A stretch of DNA of 64,000 nt from the NCBI RefSeq assembly GCF_009834535.1, contig NC_045698.1, forward strand, positions 14,324,001 to 14,388,000, written 5' to 3'. The notes below the pieces were generated by a model, which saw only the letters and a program-made list of their open reading frames with translations, was not told the DNA's origin and did no database searches. The translations under genes and the position numbers were made by a program. This DNA comes from Camelus ferus (lineage: Eukaryota). This document shows positions 1 to 13,709 of the stretch, in pieces. Within the stretch, counting starts at the first letter, position 1, and every line of letters starts with the position of its first letter.

Positions 1-1489
1 TTCCAAATGGGACCATCTAAGACTGTGCCTGAGGTCAGAGCTTGGGAAAAGAGGAGGTCCCTACAAATAGGCTGCAAGTATAGCAGTCATGGCAATAAAC
101 ATGTGTAGTAACACCTCTGTTTCAGAAGACCTGCCCTCGAAGGCAACACCATCATCTATATTCTGTGAAGGATGATCTATGCAGGAAACAGTCTGCTTTA
201 CTTTTATTTGTTTTATTTTTCCCTATAACCAAACAAATTATGATTTTATTTTCCATAGCCAACTTCTATACAACGTGTGAGGGAATAATCATTTTAGACA
301 AATGTAAGATCCATTTCTGACATTATCAATGAGAAAGATAAAATCTCCTTTGGGATCAATTCAAGGCTATGGGCAGGTATACTCAAGCGTAAAACATTCT
401 TTACTTGTAAAATATCCTCGTGTTCACGTTTGGCAGCCACACAAAATAAGTTCTAAATTCTCAAATACTGAATTCCAAAAACATCTATTCTTTCAGTTGG
501 ATTTGTGTGTTTGTGTGTGTGGCATCAGCTTGTAAGTGTAAGCCAAGTAGACAGCATGTATACAAAGGATGGTTTTGTCAACAGGCAAGTGAGCGGTTCT
601 GCAACAATGCTGCTGGGAAATGTTCCACAGCAGGAAAGTGTATGGTATATTTCAGTCCCTCTAAGTATCTGTGTTCTGCACACATGCTTAGAGAGTCAGG
701 CTAAGTGTGCATTTATAAAATAAGTAAATAAACTAACCCAACAACTGACTTTCAGGAAAGCCTGCCTTATTTCAGCTACTGGTGCTTCAGAGATTTAGTT
801 GCTATGACTTAAGGACATGGAGGAAGTGAACTTAGAGAATTGTGTGGAATCATCCCCTACAGAGTTAACATTACGGGTTATTTTTTGAAGAAATCTGCTG
901 GTGTTGGGGTTGACATTTAGACTTACATTTTTATCATCTGACCTGAAATAAAAGGTCCTTTATACTAATGACAGGAATGTATAAGCACCTGCCTCTGAGA
1001 TCATTATGAACAATAGCCGCTGCTGTCTGTGGATGAAAAGAACTGGCTCCTTGCCAATGTTAAATAGGGCTTGTGCATTGAAGGTTTCAGTTTATGACTA
1101 AATTTAGAGTCCAAAAGGTTTCTATGTTCCAAAGTCACAAGTATGCACTTTCACATACAGGAATGGATGAGGTGTTTCTTAAAAATAAGTCTTTATTTGC
1201 CCTCAATAAAAGTTTTCATTTTATTTTTTTGTTGTTTTGTTTTTGTCCCAGTTCATTTTGTCTTAAATGTAATCTCAGATTCTAAGCACATACAAGAATT
1301 CTTTAGTCCTCATTTGAAGAAAGTAAAGGATATGCTCTACCCAGAAATGCTGAGACAAAGCCAGAAGATAAAGAGAGTAGTTGGGTTCCGTATTCTTAAA
1401 CAAAAATTAGTGGCTACAGTTGGCTTCTTTGTTTCCTTGTGTAGGACTAAGATGTCATCAATATGTTAATGACAACCACTAAATAAAAA

Positions 1490-1610
1490 TGTCAGCTTCA
1501 TGAGGACAAAGACTCAGCTTGTCTTGTTAATTGCTGCACCCTCAGTGTTCAGCATAGTGTTCATCAGACAATAAAAACAAAAATATTTGTTCAGCATATG
1601 AATTAAATTA
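1490..1610 (+). mobile_element. L2 LINE 3' end remnant
   Basis: agcttcatgaggacaaagactc...ttgtcttgtt...ctcagtgttcagcatagtg...aatatttgtt resembles the L2 3' terminus. Confidence 0.55.
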
Positions 1611-1964
1611 TAACTTATGGCTATGTCATTTATCAATTTCTCTAAGGAAACTTGATCCACATAAAATCTCAAGAATTCAAAAGAAGATTATGAATTTATC
1701 CCAATCTTTGGAAAGATCTTAAATCTTTTTTCCTGTGTACATTTGGTGTATTTGTGGGAGAGGGTGAGCTACAAGCATCCTTCTACTCCATCATCTCGGC
1801 CCCTCCCCACCATGTACATTTTGAATCATCTATTAGGAATAATTCACGTAAACATTGTCTTCTATGATTTAGGCCGATTTTTTTTATCCTACTGCACCAA
1901 AATTATTAATTCACATAAGGATCAAGATACACCCCATCCTCTTTATAAGCTTATTTATCCACCC

Positions 1965-2095
1965 ATTAAGAATTCATTTAACAAGTATGTTTGTCAGATT
2001 GACAATATTTTGTTTCTAAGCACTGTGCCAGATGTCATTCTAGGCACTGAGGTTACAAAGCCTTAAACAAAGACTCGTATCATGAAATTTAGCAT
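1965..2095 (-). mobile_element. L2 LINE 3' end remnant
   Basis: aattcatttaacaagtat...ctgtgccagatgtcattctaggcactgaggttaca resembles the reverse complement of the L2 3' end. Confidence 0.55.
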
Positions 2096-3743
2096 CTGTA
2101 ATTTACTATGTTTTAAAATGGATATCATACTTAATTAATTTTCTATAATATGACTGTCATTTACCCATGGATGGCATTTTAAGTCTCTATAAAGAATCAG
2201 AGAGGTCAACCAAAGTAACTACTCTATTCTTTGTGATAATGAAATTTAAATCTCTTTATCTTCCTGAATCATCTCTGCAATTCTGGTAAGAGAATATTCT
2301 TTCCTTAACTGTTTTTAAATGGTAAAGATTTGATGTATGTGTTTAGAATGCTGAGTACTGAAACCACATTCACTTACACAAAATATGTGTAATCTTTCAA
2401 GAATTTTAAGCATTTTTTTTTCAATTGTATATTATATGCAATTGTTAAAAGACCTTCCCAGCATTGTGTAGATGTGAAATGGTCTTATCACTGAAGGGGA
2501 AGAGACCCTTTCTCAAATTGGTATATTGTTAAAATGAGGTAAATACTGAATTAGAAGAAGTCATTCTTCAAATTATGTCTAGTATAATTATAATAGCATA
2601 ATAATTGTTAACATAATGCTTACAGGATAACATATTTCAAAAATATAAACTAAAGAAATATTAAAATAAATAAAATTAAGAGTTTTATGTAAGGGCTAGC
2701 TATTTTTTGTGATTACTTTTTTCTTCAAATATACAGCATTTTTGAAGGCCATGTATAAGAAAAGATTGAGAAATTAAAAAGATGGAAAGTAGAGATTTTT
2801 TTCCCACACTGCAATAACATTCTATAGTCTATTTCAGTTTCCTGTCCTAACCAAAGGATCAAAGTATAAATCCAAACATCCCATAGAAATCAAATTAAAA
2901 CGTGGTCATGGAGAATAGATTGCAACAGAAAACAGATACTAGAGAAATAAACACTTGCAAGCTTTTATGAATGTATCAACATTATTAACTGAAAAATATG
3001 ACATAGAGAACTCTGGTTTACAAGATCATCACTATTATATCCCCAAAAGACTGTTGTAGTTGTAACTATTATTAAACTGGCCGAGTTGGAACTTAGAAAG
3101 TTTTTCGAATCATATCAACAACTTGAAAATCAAAATTACAATTAAAAGAACATGGATTAAAAATGCAATTGGTATCCTTAACTAATAACTACTTAGTTAC
3201 AAAAGTTTACCAGTTTATGCCATAAACTTCCTCATATTAACTGTAAAATTTTGAAAAATTATGAAATATGCATGAAATAAGTATGAACTCAGTGTAAGCA
3301 ACTATGCATTATTTAGCAAAATGCATTAGTTTTAAAACAAAAACAATGTTACTTTAAATTACCCGTTTTAATATAAAGAAAAAGATACTGTGGTAATATA
3401 CTCAAACTTACATCATCTTATCCTATGTACTCAATTCTGCAGAGATGAAAGCTATACAAATATTTGCATGCTATTAAAATATGTTAAAATGGTTCTAAAC
3501 AAAACAAACCTTAAAGATATATTTGAATCAGTTTGAATATTGTTTCTTATTAAATGAAATTGAATATTTTGTGGATTAGCATTTACTATTAGAACATTCA
3601 GGGAAGATTTATCCATATATCTCTATCAATATCATTCCTTAAGTAGCATTGAATTAGTTCTATAATGAGCTATTTAAAAAGAAATAAAAATAAGTAATTT
3701 TAGTAAAATAAACATATTATCAAAGTTCTGATAAAATTAAACA

Positions 3744-6700
3744 GAACTCAACACCAGAGCACATAAACACATAAAGCAGATATTTACTGAACTGAAGGAG
3801 AGGAATAGACAACAATACAATAATACTAGGGGACATCAATGCCTCACTTTCAATAATGGATAGATCAGCCAGACAGAAATCCAATACAAAAATATTGGAC
3901 TTAAATCATACATTCAACCAGATGGACTTAATAGATACTTACAGAACATCCCAACCAACAACAGCAGAATACACATTATTTTCAACAACTCATGGGACGT
4001 TCACCAAGATAGATCATATGTTAGGTCACAAAATCTTACCAAATTTAAAAAGAATGAAATCATATCAAGCATCTTTTCCAACCACAGTGCTATAAAACTA
4101 GAACTCAATCACAAAAAGGAAACTGGAAAATTCATAAGCATGTGGAGATTAAACAACATGCCACTGAACAACTGATTTTTTGAAAAAAAAACAGGCTGTC
4201 AGGAAAAATAGAGAGGTCCCAAATAGGTAAAAATATAAATGAAGGAAGAGAACTTACAACTGATAACACACAAATACAAAGAATCAAAAGAGACTACAAT
4301 GAAAAATTATACAACAAAAAAAAAATCAAAAGATGAATCAAGAAATATATTTAGACAAGCGAAAATGGAAACACAATACAGAAAAATATATGGGATGCTA
4401 TAAAAGCAGTTCTGAGATGGAAGTTTATAGTGATAAACACCTACATTAAGAATAAAAAATGAAAGCTCTTAAGCAATATACTTTTACACCTAAAGAGCTA
4501 GAAAAAAAAAAAAAGGCTAAAGTTAGCAAAAATAAAGAAATAACAAAAATCAGGGTGAAAAATAAATAAAATAGAGGCTAACACAATAGAAAAGATCAAT
4601 GAAATCAAGAGCTTAAAAAAACAGACAAAATAGAGCTTTAGCTAGGCTAATTGTTAAAAAAAAAAAAAGTGGTCTCAGATAAGTAAAAGTACAAATGTAG
4701 AGAACTTACAACCAATAACACACAAATACAAAGAACCAAAAGAGGCTGCTATGAAAAATAATGAACTAGCAAATTGGACAACTTAAAATAAATGGATAAA
4801 TTCCTAGAAACATATAACCTACCAAGATTAAATAATGACAAAATGAAAATCTGAACACATCTATTACTAGTAAGGAGATAAAATCAGCTATCAAAAAGCA
4901 AAGGAAAACTCACGGGCAGATGGCTTCACTGGTGATTTCTAACAAACATTTAAAGAAGAATTAATATCAATCCTTCTTAAATTCTTCCAAGAGATAAAAG
5001 AGGAAGGAACTCTTCCAAAATCATTTTATAAAGCCAACATTACCCTAATACCAAAACCAGATAAAGGCACTATAAGAAAAGAAAATTACAGGCCAATATG
5101 TCTGATGAACATAGGCACAAAAATCCTCAACAAAATATCAGCAAAAACAAATTAAAACAGTACATTAAAAGGATCATACATTACGATCAAGGGGGATTTA
5201 TTCCAGGGATACACGGATGTTTCAACATCTATAAAATCAATTTGACATACCAGATTAAAAGAATGAAGAATACAAATCAAATGATTATCTTCATAAATAC
5301 AGAAAAAGCATTTGACAGAACTCAGTATCCTTTCATGATAACAACTTTCAACAAATTGAGTAAAAATGGAACGTACCTCAATATAATAAAGGCCATATAT
5401 AACAATGGCATAGCTAGCCTCATACTAAACAATGAGAAGCTGAAATCTTTTCCTTAAAGATCAGGAACAAGGGTGTCCACTCTTACACATTTATTTAACA
5501 CAGAACTAGAAGTTCTAGCCAGAGCAATTTGGCAAGAAAAATAAATAGAAAGCATCCACGTCAGAAAGGAAGAAGTAAAAAATCATCTCTATTTATCAAT
5601 GACATTATATATAAGAAAAACAAACAACCCCACCAAAACACTGTTAGAACTAATAAATAAGTTCAGTAAAGTTGCAGGATAAAAAATCAATCTACAAAAA
5701 TGAAATTTAAAAGTCACATTTACAATAGCATCAAAAATCATACTTAGAAATAAATTTAACCAAGGAGGCAAAAGATCTGTACACTAAAAACTACAAAATA
5801 TTACTAAAGGAAATTGAAGAAAATACAAATAAACAGAAAGACATTCTATGTTCACAAATTGGAAGAATATTTTTAAAAGGCATAAACTACCCAAAGTGAT
5901 TTACAGATTTGATGCAATCCTAATTTAAATCCCAAGGATGTTTTTACAAAAATAGAGGGAAAAAATCCTAAAACTTGTATGGGACAAAAAAAGACCTTGA
6001 ATAGTCAAAGCAATCTTAGGGAAGAAAATCAAAACTGGAAGCATCATCCTTCTGATTTCAAACACTATTACAAAGCTATAGTAATCAAAATAGTATATTG
6101 GAATAAAGATAAACACATAGATAAATGGAGCAGAATAGAGAACCTCAAAATAAACCCAGGTGTATATGGTCAATTAGTTTACCACAAAGGAGCCAAGAAT
6201 ATACAATGCAGAAAGAATAGTCTCTTCAATAAATGGTATTGGGAAAACTGGCCAGCCACATGCAGAAGAATGAAACTGACCCCCTATGTTATACCATACA
6301 CAAAACTCAACTGAAAATGGATTATAGACTTAAATGTAACACCTGACACCGTAAAACCTCTAGAAGAAAACAGGAGTAAGCTCCTTGGTATCAGTCTTGA
6401 CAGGTATATTTTAAATTTGACCCCAGAAGCAAAGGCCACAAAGGCAAAAACAAAGCAGAACCCTCTCAAATTAAAAAGCTTCTGCACAAAAAAGGAAATT
6501 ATCAACAAAATTAAAAGGCAACAAACAGAATGGGAAAATTATTTCCAAATCTTATATCTGATAAGGAGTTAATATCTAAAATATATAAAGAATCTATACA
6601 AGGAACAACAAAAAAAAAATTTTAAAGAGCAAATAATCTAAATAGATACTTTTCCAAAGACAACATACAAATGGCCAACATGTGCATGAAAAGATAGTCA

Positions 6701-7558
6701 ACGTCAATAATCATCAAGGTAATACATAGCAAAACCACAATGAAATAGCCATTCTAACATATGTGAGTTGGTATCAGCAAAAAAGACTAGAGATAGACGT
6801 TGGTGAGGATGTGGGGAAAAAGGAACATTTTCTCCATTGGTAAGAATGTAAATTGGTGCATCCGCTATGAAAAAAAAAAGTATGGAAGTTTGAGAAATTT
6901 AAAATAGATCTACCATATGATTCAGCAATCCTACTTCTGGATATATGTCCAAAGGAAAAGAAAACACAATCTGGAAGAAATATCTGCACTTCCATTTTCA
7001 TTGCAGGGTTATTCACAATATCCAAGAAATGGAAACAATCAAAGTTTCCATTAATGGATTAACAGATAAAGAAGATGTAGTATACCAGTATACACAACGG
7101 AATATCATTCAGCCATGGACCCTGGGGACACTATGCTGCATCAAATATGTCAGGCAGAAAAAGAAAAATACTATATGATGTCACTTCTAGGTGGAATCTA
7201 AAGTAGATCTTAGAGAAACAGAAACGAGAATGGTGGTTACCAGAGGCTGGACAGTGCAGGAAAATAAATGTTGATCAAATACAAACTTCCAGCCACATGA
7301 TGAGTAAGTTCTGGGGATCTAACGTACAGCATTGTGATTATGCTTATTAACACTGTTATATCTCTGAAAGTTGATGAAAACACAGATTTAAAAGTTCTCA
7401 CTACAAATAAGAAATGGTTCTGATGTGATGTGATTCAGGTGTTAGCTAAAACTATGGTGGTAATTATTTTGCCATACATTAGTGTATCAAATCAACACCC
7501 TGTACAGCTTAAACTTATACATGTTATACCAGTTATATCCCAATAAAGCTGGAAAAAT
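3744..7558 (+). mobile_element. 5'-truncated LINE-1 (L1MA9/10-like): degenerate ORF2 (endonuclease, RT, C-terminus) plus 3' UTR
   Basis: ORF fragments 3856-4095 (MDRSARQK...DLIDTYRT...HGTFTKIDHMLGHK, endonuclease), 5098-5457 (IIHYDQGGFIPG...EKAFD, RT), 5979-6314 (DFKHYYKAIVIK...SLFNKWYWENW); many stops and frameshifts; ends aataaagctggaaaaa. Confidence 0.95.
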
Positions 7559-7998
7559 AGTAACTATGGAGAATATGAAGATAAAGTTTGTTTAAAGTAA
7601 AATATTAAGCATCTTAAAATTGAACAATGTAACTACTTCCAACCTAAAATTACAAAAATATTTTTAAATAGATATTGACAAAACCAAGCATTAAAGCAAC
7701 AACTCAACCTGCCATCTACAGATAGTGGTGTTGCCTGTATGTTTCATTTTAGATTTATGAATAATGAGATTTAAAGATAGCTTTTCTTGTATATGCAATT
7801 GGATGAACACTCGGGAAAACGTTTGGAAATAAATTTGCCAAATATTACCAGCCTTCATACTTGATGAGTAAGAATGGTGAGATTACTTTCTTCTGTATTA
7901 TTAAAAATTGGTTAGAAACACAGTAAAGTTATTGAAGCTAAGTAATGAGAATATTAGTAAAAGTATCAGTGTGCAATTAAAATGGTGAGATGACTTAC

Positions 7999-8185
7999 CC
8001 ACGTTTATCTTATAAAAATGGCAAATTGGACATAGTTTTGCTTTAGTAAATACTTATCTGGTTAATAAACAAAATCTTCCTTTAAAAACCAGCATATCTT
8101 TTACTCTCTTGTTTTACAGTTTGACGTGTACTACAGAAAATTGTACAACGATGAGATCATTTCATGATGTAGATCTTTAAAAGGC
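7999..8185 (-). other. Candidate non-coding exon (187 nt)
   Basis: Minus strand: ttgcttttgtttcag|GCC...CGTGG|gtaagt; all three frames contain stops. Confidence 0.3.
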
Positions 8186-8204
8186 CTGAAACAAAAGCAA
8201 TTAT

Positions 8205-8420
8205 CAGCACTTAGATGGCACTCATTGCGGGCCAAGCACTGTTCTAAATCCATCATCTGTGTTCATAATTTAACCCTCATAAAACACAGTGATGGAGGTA
8301 CTATTATGTCTCCTATTATATACTGGAGAACACTGAGGCTCACAGGGACTAATTCCTTAAGTGATACAGATGGAAAGAGGTGGTGCCAGCTTCTGAACCC
8401 AAATGAGGTTTAGAATGGGT
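8205..8420 (-). mobile_element. MIR SINE
   Basis: gccaagcactgttcta...ggtactattatgtctcctatt...cactgaggctcacaggg...ttctgaacccaa matches the MIR core, reverse strand. Confidence 0.75.
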
Positions 8421-9022
8421 TCACTCAGTGACTTCCCACACAAATACAGCAGCAGTGTGGTTGCTGCCTTATAAGACGTCGATGAGATGGCACAGTACTA
8501 ACCTTCAATGACAATGCAAAAGGTTGGTTATGTAGGTATTTTATTATGTATAATAATCAAAACATTGGAAGATGTCTCTACTTTTCCTGTATTTAGGTTG
8601 ATGGAGAGAGCATTTAACCAAATGAACCTTAACTGGCATGGAAACAACCGTCAAAAGGAATGGCTCTTCTATTTTCTTAAAAACATCTATTACAAAAAGA
8701 AATACCTTACACATCTAGACATTCAAAATCCCTTAAAATACATTGCGATCAGACAGAATACTTGGGTCAAACCCTTTAAACAATAAAATAATAGCTAAGT
8801 ACATTTTATGGAAGATAATGAACAACTGATCAATGCTCCCAATTTATTGTTTTAAATGATTCTTCACTTAATTCTTATTATAAACTTATATTTGGAGTAT
8901 AAATTACATTGAATTTGGTCTAATATGCTTCTTTAGAAATAAAAAGAACTGTGCCTTTGATCAAAGTTTTCAACTATCAGTATTTTGGGCCATTCACCAA
9001 CAGGTATTTGAAGTACTGGTTT

Positions 9023-9063
9023 TTTATGAGAACTTTTCATTTATGAGAACTTTTCATTTATGA
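9023..9063. repeat. Perfect 17-bp tandem duplication (~2.4 copies)
   Basis: ttatgagaacttttcat at 9024 and 9041, partial third copy. Confidence 0.9.
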
Positions 9064-9390
9064 ATTCTTTACTAAAGTATCATTGAATCAGCTTATAAAT
9101 ATTATGGACTAATTTTTCATAAAATGCCTATTCAATTACATCAGAAGGAAATATTCTCAGTACCATACACTAAAAAAAAAAGAAGTTAGTTCTTTACCTT
9201 TTAATACTATTTTTCAACTTTCTAAATGATTTCACAAATACTTTGTTTTATTAACATTAATAAACTTTATGAGCTTTGCATATTAGGAATTAGCTATGTG
9301 TTGGTGACTGTAAGCAAAATTTTAAGTTGTAAGAATTCTCTGTATCTCCATTTACTTACTATTATTATGTACAATTATAGAAATCGCTAA

Positions 9391-9434
9391 GAACCACAGT
9401 TCAAATATGAACCACAGTTCAAATATGAACCACA
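9391..9434. repeat. Perfect 18-bp tandem duplication (~2.4 copies)
   Basis: gaaccacagttcaaatat at 9391 and 9409, then gaaccaca. Confidence 0.9.
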
Positions 9435-11844
9435 AAAAAGGAAAACTTTTCATTGAGCCACAGTGGGCATTGACAAATATCACATTTTGCTAGTGAGCAA
9501 TATAACCGCAAATTTTAACATCTAGTCCAAATGTTTCATTTAGCTGAAAAAATCACTTGGGTTATTGTTTCAGATGTCTTTCAAATAATGCAGTTGCCTT
9601 GGTAAATTCTGAGTCCCAGACACTGTGCTGGTGCCACAGTCTAAACAAGATACTAAACCTCCCTTTCTCCACAAGACATAGATATTCTGCCTCCTAAATA
9701 TCTTTAGATTTAAATGTACCATGTACTTTCCCCTTCTGTATTTCACAACTAGTATGGAGCTGACCCGGTCAGCACTGAATACGTGTTGCCTGCATACTTG
9801 TCTACACAAACAGATGCCGTGTTTCTCATGGGTAGTAACGTTACTTAGCATAAAACTCAGTGTCCAGCACAGATACATAGTAAGGAAAAATTTGTAATGA
9901 ACTAAAAGCTAGTTTTAAACATGCATGTGATTTCTTTGGGATGCTTCCTATGTTGTATTATAATGCATTATATTTTATACCAGATAAAATTATTTGGATA
10001 ATATATTTACAATTGATACATGCCTTTAATGTGTTATTGTGAAAACAAGCATTATTTGCCATCAGTCTATAGTCGCAGAAACCACACAGCATAAAAGGTG
10101 GCAGTGACAGATAATCTCTGGACTTCATAAATTGAAAGCACTGTGGTTGAAAGTCAGCTATTTGATTTAGAATGTAACACAAAAGCCTGATGACATTTTT
10201 TCCCATTTCATATACGGACAAACTGAAGAGTAAAAGATAAATTGACTTTATCAAGAAAAATTGGCAAATAAAATGGCTCGTCACTGCTATTTATCTTGAT
10301 TCCTGTGTTTCTTGCTCTTAATCGGGGGCTGTTTCAGGAGCCAAGCTCTTTTTTCTTAAGGGAAAAACGTGTCAACAACCCCAGTTTCATTTATTATGAT
10401 AAATAAACTTTATCTCCTTCTTAATTTCTCTGTGATTTCCTGCGTGTTTACAGACACAATTTATTTGTCCGAGTTTGTTTTTAAGTTATCAGTTCTATTG
10501 CTTCACTTTTTAGATACCTGTAGGCAAAATAGCACTTAACTGAAGACCTTGGTTCTTTTGCAGAGCAGATGGCTTACGGGCATGTGGCCTTACAACAGCC
10601 AATTAGGATCCTCAGTTTTTGTCAGGAACTGTATATAATAAAGACATGGTATGTGCTCAGCTTAATACACTGAGCTATTACGAGAACTATTTGGAATAAC
10701 TTCTATGAGAACATCTTTATAAATTATGAAATCTACAAATACAAGGCATAACACATAACAGATTGCCTTACAAATGTAATACAGTTACTTTTGTTTTGTA
10801 TTTGTATAACTAGTTTTACAAACTAGTAAAATTAGTATACATGAACTTTATCATAGAGAGTAATTTTTTTTTTTTTAAGAGTTGTGTATTTGCTGGTGCT
10901 TGTGATTAGAGTTTCCCTGAGGGCCTTAAAATATGCGCTACTTAGATTGTGAAAACCAATTTGTTCCTCCATATTGAATCCACGTATGTGCACTATGGTC
11001 CTGCCCAAATCACAGTGCTTTGCTTCGACACCCTGAACATTACCAAGAAAATTACATAATTTATTGTCTTAGGTACATCTATGATGCAGTCTCCACAGGT
11101 TTATGACTTCCAAGTTTTGTCAGAGTTTTAGGGAAATATATCCTTTATAATTTTTTACTTGATTTTACAATTTTCTTTTACTAATTTTAAATTGAGTTTA
11201 AAAACTTCCTTGGGTATCTCTGCTCATTAAAAATGAAAAACTAACATATATAATAAAATTTTACTTTGGAATATATCATTTGTATAGTCTATTCCAGGGA
11301 TTGATGTTAAGTAGATACGATTAATTTGGTATAAAAATTTCAACACAAAAATTAAAATAGTATAAATAATTTAACTGTAGTTTAAAATTTAATTTTCTTA
11401 AAATAAATAGATTATGAGCAAAGTGCCTTGAACAGTAGCTTAGATTTTCATAATTTTATAAGAAAAAGATGAAAGATATTAGAAGTTACAATATTAAGAT
11501 ATCTTGAGATTTTAAAAAGGATATGAAATATCATAAAGGCAATTCTTACAGTGATTTGAATGAATTTACTCATTTTTCCAAAATATATTCAAATAACTAC
11601 ATGGAACTCACTGGAGGAGACTTCACAATGGGATTGTTTTTATTGATTGCATTTTCAAAATAGGTTTATGTATTTTTATAAAATATGCAAAAATTATGAT
11701 GATTAATGCTGGAAAAGCAATATGACAAATCTGGCCAGGACAGATCTTGTAACAAAACCTGCATCAACTGAGAATAAATTCTGAAAGTCCAAACAATAGT
11801 ATAAATTTTAATTTTGCTTGTGTCCTGAGTCTGTATACATTTCT

Positions 11845-11950
11845 CTGGCTGCCTTGATTCTGGAGCACATGAAGAAATTTTTGAAAATGCAGAGACTCAG
11901 GCTCCAGGCTTTCTCAGATTCTAACAAAGAGGCTTGGGCTGTGGACTCTC
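11845..11950. mobile_element. Possible MER5-like (hAT-Charlie) remnant
   Basis: ggctgcc...gaaatttttgaaaatgcagagactcaggctcca...cagattct...ggcttgggctgtggac loosely follows MER5A. Confidence 0.35.
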
Positions 11951-12552
11951 TGCCAGTCTCCCTCCCCCCTTGACATTCCCTATAACTATGGGGATACAGT
12001 CAACACTACTCTATGGAATGTAAGTTTAAACTAACAGATCTCATTTTTTTCCAGCAATATGTCCAACAACCAAAACATGATAATATATTTTTTATACTTA
12101 CAAGAAACAGCAATAAAAAATAAGTAAATAGATGTGGGAAACAAGGAAATTAAAGCTATACTTGAGATGCTCAGTAAAAGTTTTTTGATTTTACTGGGGC
12201 CAGAAAATATCAGCGTATTAACAGTCAAATATGAAGTAAAATTATAAACATTCTCAAAATAAATTTGGTTTTTTAACAGGCTATAACAATATTGGCCATC
12301 AAAAAATGTGCTATATTTATGTGTAATTTTGCACTAATAAATTTGGAAGTGTTTCCAGCTACAGTGACATATCAGCAGAATCTTGAATATCATTTTTAAT
12401 TCCTTATGGGAAAAAAAGCAATGTGATAACTAAATATATGAATTCATAATAGATGCTTTTCAGTCACTTTGAGCTTCCCCTGTGATTTTTCTGTATTTAC
12501 CTGTGTGGTGTGGTTTGGAGGCATCATTAAAAGCAATAACAAGTTATAACTT

Positions 12553-12975
12553 AGATAAGTCAGACAGATAAAAACAAATACTGTATGATCTTACTTAAAT
12601 GTGGAATTTAAAAAGAAAAAAAAAAAAAAAACAGGCTTATAGATACAGAGACCAGACTGTGGTGGGCAGAGGTGGGGGGTTGGGTGGTGGGCAAATTAGG
12701 TGAAGGAGGTCAAAAGATACAAACTTCCAGTTATAAAATAACTGGGGGTGGAAGTTACAGCATGATGACTATCGTTAATAATACTATATTGCATATTTAA
12801 AAGTTGCTAAGAGACTCAAAAGTCCTCATCACAAGAAAAAATATTTTTAACTGTATATGGTGACAAATGTTAACTAGATTTACTGTGACGATCATTTCAC
12901 CATATATACAAATATTGAATCATTATGCTAAACTTCTGAAACTAATATAATGCTATGTGTAAATATACCTCAAAA
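12553..12975 (+). mobile_element. LINE-1 3' UTR fragment (L1MA9-like)
   Basis: ataagtcagacag...aaatactgtatgatc...caaacttccagttataaaata...aaagttgctaagaga...aaactaatataatg. Confidence 0.9.
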
Positions 12976-13709
12976 AGAGATAAATACAATAACAAAAAAG
13001 GAAAATCTCACTGTCAAAAACAATTCTCTAACTCCATCCACATTGCATAAAACATTAACAGCATACTTATCTAAAGCCTTTATTGTAAGGCTCAGTTAAT
13101 CACTGATAACCCTCACCTAAACAAACTTGCTAAGTTATTAATACTATCTACTTACTTTCAGTATCAAACTAATTATGTATTCAAGCTCACTGTGTACTGT
13201 ACCATAGCTGCTCAGGCCAGTAGTTGATTTTAACTAAATGAAAATCTTCTAATGACCAAGGGCTAATTGATTTTTAACCCAACTATAAATTAAAGAAAGG
13301 TTGCTCATTAATGATGAATATTTCCATATTTTGCCATCATGTAGATATTGGTATATCTTTTGTGTATCTTATGTGTTGTGTTTCTAAGTACATAAGAAAT
13401 GAACTGCAGATTTAGACACTGCTTTGGCGAGGTCATTCATTTTCATTTTTTTCTTTATGTTTTATTTTGATTTTTTTTTTTTGCCAGAATTTGAAACTCA
13501 AGAAAATAAATTTGGGTGTATTTATAGTGCTGCATGGTGATGCTAACAAAATAGGAGCCTTGTCACTCTTCCTTTGTTTATCTGGTCTATCTTATATACC
13601 TATTAGACAATAACTTCCCATTTTATAATATATATATTCCCATAAGTTTAATCTATATTTATAATATCTAACATAAATATTATTTAATATTTAATAAATA
13701 ATAATAATA

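Noticed and set aside
9023..9434. Short direct repeats as a CRISPR-like array
   Set aside because: Head-to-tail duplications without spacers, in mammalian DNA with no cas genes
11015..11055. gtgctttgcttcgaca resembling the U6 snRNA 5' end
   Set aside because: Similarity ends after ~15 nt and the rest of U6 is absent
13117..13282. Minus-strand exon candidate (ttatag|...tag|gtgagg)
   Set aside because: AT-rich, indistinguishable from background, modest splice signals
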